A stretch of 64,000 bases of DNA, from positions 9,617 to 73,616 of IMG/VR virus record IMGVR_UViG_3300005546_000003. One strand, given 5' to 3'. Below the pieces are notes generated by a model. That model had not been told where the DNA came from, did no database searches, and worked only from the letters and a program-made list of their open reading frames with translations. This DNA comes from a virus. Its lineage: Duplodnaviria > Caudoviricetes. Made by a program: the position numbers and the translations under genes. Shown piece by piece: positions 8,166-16,474 of this stretch (position 1 is its first letter; each line of letters starts with the position of its first letter).

Positions 8166-8837
8166 ATGATAAACACCAACGTGAAGAGAGAAGTTGACCT
8201 AGACTCACACTCCAAAGTCGTGCTTTACAAAGATGGGAGCATAATTCTTACAGTCCATGGTGAGTCAATATCAATGTCTGAGCCAGCAACTGAAGCCCTA
8301 AAGCAGCTCTTAACTCCCCCAGCCGAAGGTAAGCTCAAGGAGACCATTAAGAATCTCCTGCGCCTCACACGTCAGTACAGCCCACGGGCGGGTCAACTCA
8401 CTGTGGACGGCTACCTTGACGCCTACGCTAATAGTATAGCTGCTATGATTCCAGCTAAGCTCCAATGGACTCGGGAGAAGCCGAAGGTTGATGGGTGGTA
8501 CTGGCGCATGGGAGAGGCCAAGAACCCGATGTTCCCAGTTGTTGTTAGCCACGGCTATGCTAAAGCTTGGGGAGCTCCCGGAATGTCACAGGTGTATTCA
8601 GCATCAGCAAGTGACAAAGGTTGGAGTCTCATAGCTGATTACAAATCTGGTTGGTGGGCAGGCCCAATAGCCGAGCCGGAGATGCCAGAGGAGCCCAAGA
8701 GCGTCGAGACCATTGTAACCCAGCGTTCATGGTGCTGTCCGAAGTGTTATCGTAGCTGTTTTGTAAATGTTGCGGATGGCTTTGAGATTCACAACAAGTG
8801 TCTAACTTGCGGTCAGGAGGTCAAGCTGGAATGCTGA
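8166..8837 (+). CDS. hypothetical protein, C-terminal zinc ribbon
   Basis: SD GGAGG; LQWTREKPKVDGWYW; CPKC...CLTC. Confidence 0.7.
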   Translation: MINTNVKREVDLDSHSKVVLYKDGSIILTVHGESISMSEPATEALKQLLTPPAEGKLKETIKNLLRLTRQYSPRAGQLTVDGYLDAYANSIAAMIPAKLQWTREKPKVDGWYWRMGEAKNPMFPVVVSHGYAKAWGAPGMSQVYSASASDKGWSLIADYKSGWWAGPIAEPEMPEEPKSVETIVTQRSWCCPKCYRSCFVNVADGFEIHNKCLTCGQEVKLEC

Positions 8838-8990
8838 GCCAACAACAAATTGATGCTAGAGCCCAAACGCGCCGTGGGCTCAGGGAGTTCTTCAAGCGCC
8901 GAGGGGCATTGACTCCCCTGCTAGTGCGCCAGGTCGTGCATGTAGTAGCTGGCCGCGACGGCAGGCCGGTTGATGGAAAGGAAGCTCTAA

Positions 8991-9218
8991 GTGGCAAGCA
9001 TGAAATTCACCGTTAAGGTTGGGTTTGTCCGTAGGGCGGCTTTTATAAGTGAGCTGGAAAGGGTTTGCTTTAAGTATGACATAGTTCTTGAAGTGAGAAA
9101 GGCTCCAGGAATTTTGTCAACCGATTATTATGTACGTGTCGAGCACCCAGATTGGGAAATTCTAGAGGCTCTCAAGAGAGCCCTTCAGGAGGTCTCAGAG
9201 AGGTCTCAGATTAGATAA
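8991..9218 (+). CDS. hypothetical protein
   Basis: 75 aa, packed between neighbours. Confidence 0.55.
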   Translation: MASMKFTVKVGFVRRAAFISELERVCFKYDIVLEVRKAPGILSTDYYVRVEHPDWEILEALKRALQEVSERSQIR

Positions 9219-9397
9219 TGCCCCAAAAACGAAAACGCAAAAGGATAGTTCGCATAACTACTGAGCTAAACCGCATAGGAACTAAGCGAGCTGGTAGTGG
9301 CTGGGCAGCTAAGCAGGCTGGCAAGAGGCATAACCAAGGCAAGAAGGTCTCAATGAGGACTATTCGCAAGAGAATGAAAAAGAAAGGTGGAAGCTGA
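9218..9397 (+). CDS. highly basic 59-aa peptide (not in ORF track)
   Basis: TAATG overlap; MPQKRKRKRIVRITTELNRIGTKRAGSGWAAKQAGKRHNQGKKVSMRTIRKRMKKKGGS, 22 K/R and 1 acidic residue. Confidence 0.55.
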   Translation: MPQKRKRKRIVRITTELNRIGTKRAGSGWAAKQAGKRHNQGKKVSMRTIRKRMKKKGGS

Positions 9398-9502
9398 TGA
9401 GCCAACAAGTGCTTGACAATCTCAGGGCCCGAATGCTCTTCACTATTGGCGCCCAGCTGGGGTTGTGACTAGGACTTTTCAACGGGTAGCGGGGAGGAAG
9501 GT

Positions 9503-9880
9503 ATGGGCAGCTTAATCGGTTGGACTACTTATGTTGTTGGAATAATAATCATCATGACCTTTGCTGTTCATCAGTATCAAGAGGATGGGGATGAGGAAAG
9601 GATTGCATTTGGAGTATTCTGTGGCATATTTTGGCCTCTCATCCTAGTTTTCTGTGTATTGGTAGGGGCCGCAGCTGTGCCATTCTATTTCCTGCCCAAA
9701 GGACTATTAGCACTTCCGGGGGCCATTAGAGGAATCAGGAAATGGCACCAGGATAGGAATAGGAAAAGGGGCAAAAATCTTGTATTAAAGAAGCCAGCTG
9801 AACCCAGCAAAGGAGATTGGACTAGTGGGGAATCTGTGAGCGCGGTGGAGCCTGGGAGGTGGATGCAAACTTCAGATTAG
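9503..9880 (+). CDS. membrane protein (2-3 TM)
   Basis: SD GGAGG; hydrophobic segments, GIFWPL motif. Confidence 0.65.
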   Translation: MGSLIGWTTYVVGIIIIMTFAVHQYQEDGDEERIAFGVFCGIFWPLILVFCVLVGAAAVPFYFLPKGLLALPGAIRGIRKWHQDRNRKRGKNLVLKKPAEPSKGDWTSGESVSAVEPGRWMQTSD

Positions 9881-9918
9881 CCCTCAGCCCCGGCGGGTTG
9901 AGAGTTATTCTAATGTTT

Positions 9919-9985
9919 GGCCAGTAGTGAAGAGCTGGGATACTTCAATTGGATGAAAAACTCCTAGCTTGTTTGTTCTCTGGCC
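9919..9985 (+). ncRNA. Y-RNA-like ncRNA (Y1, minimal)
   Basis: GGCCAG/CTGGCC stem; TAGTGAAG-stem-GATACTTC...GTTT-GTTCT; upstream of Ro60. Confidence 0.75.
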
Positions 9986-9990
9986 TTTGA

Positions 9991-10072
9991 TTACGTTGGG
10001 CGGCTAGTGGGAGCGCCGTCTAACCAGAGGAGGCACGGGGCTCTACCCACTCACCTACCGACCTCCTCGTAT
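9991..10072 (+). ncRNA. two-hairpin element with loop-loop complementarity
   Basis: TTGGGCGGC/GCCGTCTAA and GAGGAGG/CCTCCTC hairpins; loop AGTGGG complementary to CCCACT. Confidence 0.4.
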
Positions 10073-10079
10073 GAATTAA

Positions 10080-10236
10080 AGCAGAATGGCGTAGCATAGG
10101 GATACTTCGACTCTAATCGGGAGGTCGCAGGTTTAAGTCCTGCCTCCAGTCTTACGGCTGGAGTAGCTCAGTTGATAGAGCGCCTGACTGAAAGCCTTGT
10201 GCGATTGAGCCCCATTGGGCTCTAGTTCCTTCTGCT
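10080..10236 (+). ncRNA. YrlA-like Y RNA with circularly permuted tRNA-like domain (Y2)
   Basis: AGCAGAA/TTCTGCT stem, GATACTTC, T-arm GCAGG-TTTAAGT-CCTGC, acceptor CTCCAGTC/GGCTGGAG closed by TTAC loop, D-arm GCTC-AGTTGATA-GAGC, CCTGA/TCGGG stem. Confidence 0.85.
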
Positions 10237-10245
10237 AGTTTGAGA

Positions 10246-10315
10246 CTTGAAAATGTTGCGTGGGTTGAGGGACTTCCCCCACTCTAGCTCCTCCGAGAGC
10301 TGAAACGTTTTCAAG
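10246..10315 (+). ncRNA. structured RNA-like hairpin (not Y consensus)
   Basis: 12-bp closing stem CTTGAAAATGTT/AACGTTTTCAAG. Confidence 0.35.
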
Positions 10316-10327
10316 GCTGAGAATCTT

Positions 10328-10438
10328 GGTAGCATAGCGTAGTTGGGGGATACTTCTTCTGCAAAAATGGCCTCTAAAGCCATTAGAAGACCGAGAGCAA
10401 GTCTCTCAGTCATGCTCCTAGCGATTGTTCTTGCTGCC
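10328..10438 (+). ncRNA. Y-RNA-like ncRNA (Y3)
   Basis: GGTAGCA/TGCTGCC stem; TAGCGTAG-stem-GATACTTC...GATT-GTTCT. Confidence 0.75.
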
Positions 10439-10445
10439 TTTTAAG

Positions 10446-10563
10446 TTTGCGCGGTCATTGAGGGCGGTAGCCTTTGAGCACACGGTCTCTGACTAGCGAG
10501 CAGGCGTAATAGCTTGATCTAGCAGTATGACGAGAGACGCTGAGCGACCTGAAGCCGCGCAAA
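10446..10563 (+). ncRNA. multi-stem structured RNA-like element (not Y consensus)
   Basis: TTTGCGCGG/CCGCGCAAA closing stem; inner GTCTC/GAGAC and CTAG/CTAG pairings. Confidence 0.4.
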
Positions 10564-10568
10564 TGATT

Positions 10569-10642
10569 TTGAGCAATGGTGAAGATTGGGATTCCTTCTA
10601 CTGTTAATAGACAATGAGCCCAGTCGTTTGTTCCTTGCTCAA
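10569..10642 (+). ncRNA. Y-RNA-like ncRNA (Y4)
   Basis: TTGAGCAA/TTGCTCAA stem; TGGTGAAG-stem-GATTCCTTC...GTTT-GTTCC; immediately before Ro60. Confidence 0.75.
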
Positions 10643-10669
10643 CTAACTTGATGAAAGAAGGCTAAAACT

Positions 10670-12031
10670 GTGGCGAAAACTAACTCTAGCTCCAAGCGAG
10701 CACCAATATTTACGTATGAAGGCGCAAGAGCGGCTCATGCAAACCCAGTCCAGCAGCTGCGCAGGCTGACTATGGCGCATATGCTTTGGGAGGACCAGTT
10801 TTATGTGGATGGCAAGAGCTCAGCTGAGCTGCTTGCGCAGGCTGTCAAGGATTGTAAACCAGCTGATGTGCTGGAGATAGCCATTGAAGCGCGAGAGAAA
10901 CAACACTTGCGTCACGTTCCGTTATTTCTAGTGCGCGAGGTTGCGCGGGATAGCTCTAAGCTGAAGGACAAAGGGCTGGTAGCTGAAACGCTCGGGCGGG
11001 TAATTCAGCGAGCCGACGAACTGGCTGAGTTTCTGTCTATCTATTGGAAAGACAAGCGGCAGCCATTGAGTGCGCAGGTGAAGAAAGGGCTAGCTATGGC
11101 TTTCACTAAGTTTGGTGCCTATCAGCTGGCTAAGTACAACCGAGACAATGCGGTTAAGTTGCGAGATGTGCTGTTTCTGTGTCATGCCAAGCCAAGAGAT
11201 AAGGAACAAGCTGGAGTGTGGGCCAAGCTGGTTGAAGGAACCCTTGAGCCCCCGGATACCTGGGAAGTTGCGCTGAGCGCTATATCCAAAGACAACAAGG
11301 CTTCCCGACGAGAAGTATGGACTCGACTACTGGCGGGGGAGAAGCTTGGAGGGCTAGCCTTCCTACGCAATCTCCGTAATATGCGTGAGGATGAAATGTC
11401 TGATGCTTATATTGCGGGAGCTTTCGAGCAAGTTAACTTCAACCGAGTCCTGCCATTTAGGTTTGTAGCAGCTGCTATACACAACCCCACGTTGGAGCCA
11501 GCCATTGAAGTAGCTATGCTCAGGGCATGTGAGAGCTTGCCCCGGCTGGCTGGTAAGACCGCGTTGGTGGTTGATAACTCGGGCTCGATGTATCATGCTA
11601 AAATCAGTGCCAAGAGCGAGCTTGAGCGCATTGACGCGGCGTGTGCGCTGGCTATTATGGCTCGGGAGGTTTGCGAGGATATTGTGGTGCTGAGCTATAG
11701 CACCAAGCCAAGCATAGTTCCAGCTCGTCGGGGATTCGCGCTGCGGGATGCTATTAAAGCTGCTTGCACTCCAAATAGTACCAACACACAGGACGCCATT
11801 TTTGCGGCGGCTGAGCAAGGATACGATAGGATCATCGTCATCACAGATGAGCAAAGCCACCAAAGGATTAGCAACCCCCTGGTAGCTACGAGTGCTTACA
11901 TTATTAATGTGGCAGCCTATCGCAATGGCATTGGCTATGGCCAGGGATTCGTCACGGTGGATGGCTGGAGTGAGAATACTCTAGCATTCATTGGTCAGCT
12001 TGAGGAGGGAGAGAGTGGCAGCGGCGAATGA
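10670..12031 (+). CDS. Ro60/TROVE-domain RNA-binding protein with C-terminal vWA domain
   Basis: TYEG...QLRR...LWEDQFY, LRHVPL, RADEL, YQLAKY, CHAKP, PDTWEVALS, LRNLRN, VLPFRF; vWA VDNSGSM, VITDEQ. Confidence 0.92.
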   Translation: MAKTNSSSKRAPIFTYEGARAAHANPVQQLRRLTMAHMLWEDQFYVDGKSSAELLAQAVKDCKPADVLEIAIEAREKQHLRHVPLFLVREVARDSSKLKDKGLVAETLGRVIQRADELAEFLSIYWKDKRQPLSAQVKKGLAMAFTKFGAYQLAKYNRDNAVKLRDVLFLCHAKPRDKEQAGVWAKLVEGTLEPPDTWEVALSAISKDNKASRREVWTRLLAGEKLGGLAFLRNLRNMREDEMSDAYIAGAFEQVNFNRVLPFRFVAAAIHNPTLEPAIEVAMLRACESLPRLAGKTALVVDNSGSMYHAKISAKSELERIDAACALAIMAREVCEDIVVLSYSTKPSIVPARRGFALRDAIKAACTPNSTNTQDAIFAAAEQGYDRIIVITDEQSHQRISNPLVATSAYIINVAAYRNGIGYGQGFVTVDGWSENTLAFIGQLEEGESGSGE

Positions 12032-12476
12032 GAAGAAAGCAGCAGGTAAGTCTAAGCTAGGGTGCAAATGGGCTGATGTTCTAGTGTTTGCGCCTTACTG
12101 TAGTTGCGATGAGCGTTGTGCTAATCCAGATTGTGATGAGGGTGATGAAGGGGGCGGCTTTACTCGGCTTATGTGCTGTGGGATTCTGGAGTACAGTGGG
12201 CTGAGTTCAATCACTAGCCACTCTAGAGCCGTAGCTCTGCGGGTAGCAGCTAGGCTGGTTGGAAATTCAGGTTATGTTATCTGCACTAGTACTAGGGATG
12301 GCACTGTTACTAAACATCTGATTAGTGCTGGGTTCCAGGTCTTGACTCCAAGCTTCAAGAACCCGCGATCGGGCTCTATTATAACTCTCTGGGGAGCCCT
12401 AACATTGCACCCTGATGAGGTTGATATAATTGGTGGGCCAGATGACGAAGACGATGATGATGATGAGGATTGGTGA
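12015..12476 (+). CDS. Cys-rich hypothetical protein with acidic tail
   Basis: SD GAGGAGG before GTG 12015; CSC..C...C, CCGILE, FKNPRSGSIITLW. Confidence 0.65.
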   Translation: MAAANEKKAAGKSKLGCKWADVLVFAPYCSCDERCANPDCDEGDEGGGFTRLMCCGILEYSGLSSITSHSRAVALRVAARLVGNSGYVICTSTRDGTVTKHLISAGFQVLTPSFKNPRSGSIITLWGALTLHPDEVDIIGGPDDEDDDDDEDW

Positions 12477-12480
12477 TTAA

Positions 12481-12858
12481 ATGAGCAGCACAAAAACAGC
12501 AACGGATGATCCAAAGCTAATCCGCAAAGCGTGGTTACGGGCTCTAACTAACGACCTCAAGGTTCTCAAAGGCTGGGACAGGAAGAAATACAAACGCTTG
12601 GCTAAGAGCATTGAGGCTTTTCTTGGTGGTCATATGAATAACGATGGCCAGGTTCTTGCGCTTATTGCTGGAACCATTCAGCTGCCCCAGGATACCAGAA
12701 CTATCCACAACATCAGGGCATCCATCTTGGCTATGTGGCGAGATTTGGATATGGTTACCAGCGAAGAGATTCGGAAACTAGAGAACGATAGTACGGAGAC
12801 CCAAAATGACAGCGATGATGATGACCAAAACCCATTCGCTCTCGCACCAGAGCTCTGA
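12481..12858 (+). CDS. hypothetical protein
   Basis: 125 aa, packed. Confidence 0.6.
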   Translation: MSSTKTATDDPKLIRKAWLRALTNDLKVLKGWDRKKYKRLAKSIEAFLGGHMNNDGQVLALIAGTIQLPQDTRTIHNIRASILAMWRDLDMVTSEEIRKLENDSTETQNDSDDDDQNPFALAPEL

Positions 12859-13279
12859 ACCGGAGAATGAGCCTAGGCTGGCTCTAGTGTTTGTTTATGG
12901 GAGCTTAAAGCGGGGGTATTGGAACTACGATAGGTACCTAGCTGCCACAACTGGCTCAGAGTTTCTGGGTGAAGCCAGCACGGAGCCGATTTATAGGCTT
13001 TTTACTAATGGGGCTTTTCCTTATCTGGTGAAGGATGAGGCCAATGGCTATGCGGTGCAAGGGGAGATTTTTGCAGTTGACGAGCCAACACTCATGCGGC
13101 TCGACAGGCTCGAAGGAGTGCCGGGGCATTATAGGAGAGAAAGGGCTGTTCTCCAGCGGTTTGAGCTAGAGGAGGCGTTGTACAAGGATCTGGAGCAGAT
13201 TGAGCCTTTCGTTTACGTCTACTACGGAGATACAAGGAGATTACATGAAGTCAAAAGCGGCAACTGGAAAGGCGAATAG
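12806..13279 (+). CDS. gamma-glutamylcyclotransferase (GGCT/AIG2-like)
   Basis: VFVYGSLKRG, FPYLV, VQGEIF, LDRLEG, YRRE, VYVY. Confidence 0.88.
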   Translation: MTAMMMTKTHSLSHQSSEPENEPRLALVFVYGSLKRGYWNYDRYLAATTGSEFLGEASTEPIYRLFTNGAFPYLVKDEANGYAVQGEIFAVDEPTLMRLDRLEGVPGHYRRERAVLQRFELEEALYKDLEQIEPFVYVYYGDTRRLHEVKSGNWKGE

Positions 13280-14447
13280 GGGTAAGCTAACGGCTACAGC
13301 TGCTCAGCAGCTTGGGATGGGAATTAGACGGGCTGATGGGACTGAGGGGGTGCTTGTCTACCCAAGTACCCTACAGTCTCTAAGGGGGGGCTATACGTCC
13401 TATCTCTACCAGTCAGGCGATGTGGAAATAGATCCCCCAGCTGGGGCGCAGCCAACCCATGGTGGCTATCACTACAGCACTGGGAGCGATCCTGAGGTCT
13501 TTGCGCTTGATGCTAATGGGATTGTGATTCCGGCTTGGAAGTATTTGAAGTCTAAGAAAGAAAATCCCAGCGTCTTCTATGATGGCTTCCAAGCTGAGTT
13601 AACTACCCTAGCTGGTAGCTGTCATGATGGCCAGTGTGGGGCTATTCGAGCTGGGCTATTAGCTATTCGCAAAGCCGCTAGGGCTTTTGACCCTAAAGCT
13701 ACCCTGAGCTCCAAGTGCGTAGTTGAGATTCCTCGGTCCATGATGCTTGAAGCCAGGGATGAACACGCAATGCTAGGCTGCGCGCCGAGCTTGAATATCT
13801 ACGGTGATGTGCCGGAGCTGAACATTGAAGCTCCAAGGGACCTTGGTATCAGATTTGCTGGTTGCCATATTCACCAAGGAACCAAAGTGAGGTATCAGCC
13901 TGCTGTGGAGCGGGTGATTAAGATGCTGGATAACATTGTGGGCGTCGGACTCACGAGCTTGCTGGATGGGCTGGAAGACCCAAGACGCAGGCGGTTTTAT
14001 GGCAAAGCCGGAGAGTATAGGCTTCCGGCTCATGGGTTTGAGTATCGAGTGCCAAGCTCTGCTGTGCTTTGTTCACCTACGATTGTTTACCTAACGCTTG
14101 ACTTAGTGCGAGCGGTTGCACATTATGGTCTAGTGGGAGGCTCCTGGAAAGCTACCGAGGCTGAGACTCGGGAAGCGATTGACCAGCTAGATGTGAAGTT
14201 GGCCAGGAAGTTGCTCAAGAGGAATAAGGACACCCTGACTGTGTTTCTGGAGAGGCTTTATGGATATTATAGCACTGAGGCAGGGGCCTTTGCTTATGAA
14301 GCCATTATGGGGGGAGCAAAGGAGCTAATTGAGACTGAAATGGAGAAGACTTGGAATTTTAGTGCAGCACCTTTCTCTGGCATGAGAGTCCGAGATGTTG
14401 GGCCAGCTATCATGAGCTCACGAGCTAGAGCAGCCAAGGCTGCTTAA
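13245..14447 (+). CDS. phiEco32-like COOH-NH2 ligase (type 2)
   Basis: GSDPEVF, DGFQAEL, GCAP, RFAGCHIH, YGKAGEYRLPAHGFEYRVPSS; SD AAGGAG before ATG 13245. Confidence 0.85.
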   Translation: MKSKAATGKANRGKLTATAAQQLGMGIRRADGTEGVLVYPSTLQSLRGGYTSYLYQSGDVEIDPPAGAQPTHGGYHYSTGSDPEVFALDANGIVIPAWKYLKSKKENPSVFYDGFQAELTTLAGSCHDGQCGAIRAGLLAIRKAARAFDPKATLSSKCVVEIPRSMMLEARDEHAMLGCAPSLNIYGDVPELNIEAPRDLGIRFAGCHIHQGTKVRYQPAVERVIKMLDNIVGVGLTSLLDGLEDPRRRRFYGKAGEYRLPAHGFEYRVPSSAVLCSPTIVYLTLDLVRAVAHYGLVGGSWKATEAETREAIDQLDVKLARKLLKRNKDTLTVFLERLYGYYSTEAGAFAYEAIMGGAKELIETEMEKTWNFSAAPFSGMRVRDVGPAIMSSRARAAKAA

Positions 14448-14575
14448 CTTAAAATCTCTCCACGCGCCTGATGGGTAGCAGCTTAGGAGCCTCTGGGGCT
14501 TCGGCTTTGGACTGCAACTAAGATTAAGGCACGGACGAAGGTGTTTAATCAACTGGAATCGGGCCTGTAGACTAC

Positions 14576-14917
14576 TTGGGGGTAGAAGTGAGACATTTGC
14601 TCCTTCGAGCGTGGAGAGATTTTAGATTAAACCTAACGAGACAGGAGATGGTTATGCTAGCATTAAGCGGCCAGGCTGCTACAATGGCTCAAGCCAATGG
14701 TGGGATACCGAAGATTAAAGCTCTTAAGGAGTGCCCAAAGTGCGATACTGGGAGCTTTGATAGGGAGCTTGAATGGTGTGTTGGGTGTGAGGAGCTTGAG
14801 GCAGTTGAGCACCTGCATGTGAGCTGCAAAAAGTGTGGCTACGATCGGCTAGCTATGTGCCATGATTGGGAACCACCTAAGAACGAAGTTGGCGGAGTGG
14901 AGCCAGCAGCTGGGTAA
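14576..14917 (+). CDS. zinc-ribbon hypothetical protein
   Basis: CPKC, CVGC, CKKC; true start may be downstream. Confidence 0.55.
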   Translation: MGVEVRHLLLRAWRDFRLNLTRQEMVMLALSGQAATMAQANGGIPKIKALKECPKCDTGSFDRELEWCVGCEELEAVEHLHVSCKKCGYDRLAMCHDWEPPKNEVGGVEPAAG

Positions 14918-14923
14918 AAAAAA

Positions 14924-16084
14924 ATGAAATACATGTTCTCCGACAACTGGGGGGAAGTCGATCCCTTTGCATCCATGAAACCAAAAGCTAAGGAATACTC
15001 GCCGAGTGAGGCCGAGTATCGCAGACTAACAAGGTTTGCCACTACTGGCACCGAGAGCGGAGTGCTCAGGAGCCCGATTGATGTTAGACTAGAGCTGCTA
15101 CCAACGGTTGCTAAAGTAGCCAAGCAAAATATGGATTGGCTCTGGCGGAATTTAATGGGGCGGTGCTCTAATTGGAAGGCCAAATCGTTGCTACTGGCTT
15201 TGAAGCTCAGTCAAAAAGAATCTAGGAGTGAGCGCACCAAGAGCGCCCGACAGGTGGCTGATCAGGTGCGCAACACTAGCCAAATGGAGCAACTGATAGC
15301 TCAAACGCAAGAGCTTGGTGGAAGCTTGGGCAACGTTAGGGGAATGCTACAGGAATGGCTTAACCGGGCTAAAGTGTGGGAGCTATTGAGGAGCAAGGAA
15401 CGGGTGGCAGAATGGATAGCCCTAGCTCATCCAAAGCCTAGGGATAAAGAGCGAGAAGAGGTTTTCGGGTTTATTCTTGGCCGCGAGGGAGCGCAGGTTA
15501 CTACTCCGGTTCTGGTAGTTTATCAGAAAGTCGAGAGCCCAGACACTCCATTTAGGCTCCGGATTAGCCTAGCTAAGCAATATGGAGTGCCACTAGGACT
15601 GCTTGGAGATGGATTGGCCAAAAGCCCTAAACTTTGGGCTCCAGCTGAAGAGCTGGGGAGAAGGCATTATAGTGTTCTCTCAATAGCTGATGCTAGAAGG
15701 CTGGAAAGTTTAGGAGTCGATGTGGCTCCTCTGGTGAGCGGATTTATACACCAAGTTGCTGGCTGGGACAAGCTCCAAGTTGGCTGGGGGCTGATCAGGT
15801 ACACCTTTTCTAGGCTCTTGCTGATGGGGAATAAAGAGCATCCACTATGGGAGACCCTAGCTAAATGGGTTGACCTAGTAGCCAGCGAGCGCAAGGGAAA
15901 GCTTGGGGCTAGTAGCCTTGGAATTGAGCTTGGGGGAGCTAGTAAGTTCCCGAGCACGATGCCTTGGGTTAGATATGAGCCAACTGCTGAAATGCCGGAG
16001 CAACAAAACGTGCTGGTGGTTGAAGGGGAGTTTACTGAGGAGATTTGCAAGGCTATTTTTGCTTGGCTGGGGGGGAATGGGTAA
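14924..16084 (+). CDS. hypothetical protein, possible divergent TROVE-like helical protein
   Basis: EWIALAHPKPRDKEREEVFGFI resembles Ro60 DVLFLCHAKPRDKEQAGVWAKL; no vWA motif. Confidence 0.5.
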   Translation: MKYMFSDNWGEVDPFASMKPKAKEYSPSEAEYRRLTRFATTGTESGVLRSPIDVRLELLPTVAKVAKQNMDWLWRNLMGRCSNWKAKSLLLALKLSQKESRSERTKSARQVADQVRNTSQMEQLIAQTQELGGSLGNVRGMLQEWLNRAKVWELLRSKERVAEWIALAHPKPRDKEREEVFGFILGREGAQVTTPVLVVYQKVESPDTPFRLRISLAKQYGVPLGLLGDGLAKSPKLWAPAEELGRRHYSVLSIADARRLESLGVDVAPLVSGFIHQVAGWDKLQVGWGLIRYTFSRLLLMGNKEHPLWETLAKWVDLVASERKGKLGASSLGIELGGASKFPSTMPWVRYEPTAEMPEQQNVLVVEGEFTEEICKAIFAWLGGNG

Positions 16085-16353
16085 TGGAGCTGATAGATGG
16101 TGAAAATAGAGTCCGGGTCAGTGCGTTGCATGATTTTTTCCTAGGGGGCCGGGATATAATGGAAGCCAGCTTCATGGGAATGAGGATTCATTTTCATGGG
16201 GTCACCATAATGCCAGAACAGACAGAGTGGCTAGTAGCTTGCATTAATGGTAGATGTACTTATCAGTATAGGGGCCAAAGTGAGCAAGAGAGACCAGAAG
16301 CGAGCGGGCAAGCTATTGAGGCAGGCTCAGGCGAGCTTAGAGCTGGCAGCTAA
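16084..16353 (+). CDS. hypothetical protein
   Basis: TAATG overlap with upstream stop. Confidence 0.5.
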   Translation: MELIDGENRVRVSALHDFFLGGRDIMEASFMGMRIHFHGVTIMPEQTEWLVACINGRCTYQYRGQSEQERPEASGQAIEAGSGELRAGS

Positions 16354-16474
16354 AGCGCTAAGGGGGGATATGAATCTGACGGCTCAACGGGCTGAAAAGG
16401 TAGCTCTAGCGTTGGTGGTGGTGCTTGAGCATCCGGTGGGGGAGCTGGAGAGATTGGTGGAGCTTAATAAATGA
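16280..16474 (+). CDS. hypothetical coiled-coil protein
   Basis: GTG start; helical heptad-like sequence. Confidence 0.45.
   Translation: MSKRDQKRAGKLLRQAQASLELAAKALRGDMNLTAQRAEKVALALVVVLEHPVGELERLVELNK

Noticed and set aside
10117-10187. Functional tRNA gene
   Set aside because: Arms are in permuted order and the acceptor is closed by a loop; it is a Y-RNA domain
14450-14575. Possible ncRNA after the COOH-NH2 ligase
   Set aside because: Only short imperfect hairpins (ATTAAGGCAC/GTGTTTAAT); no long closing stem or shared motif
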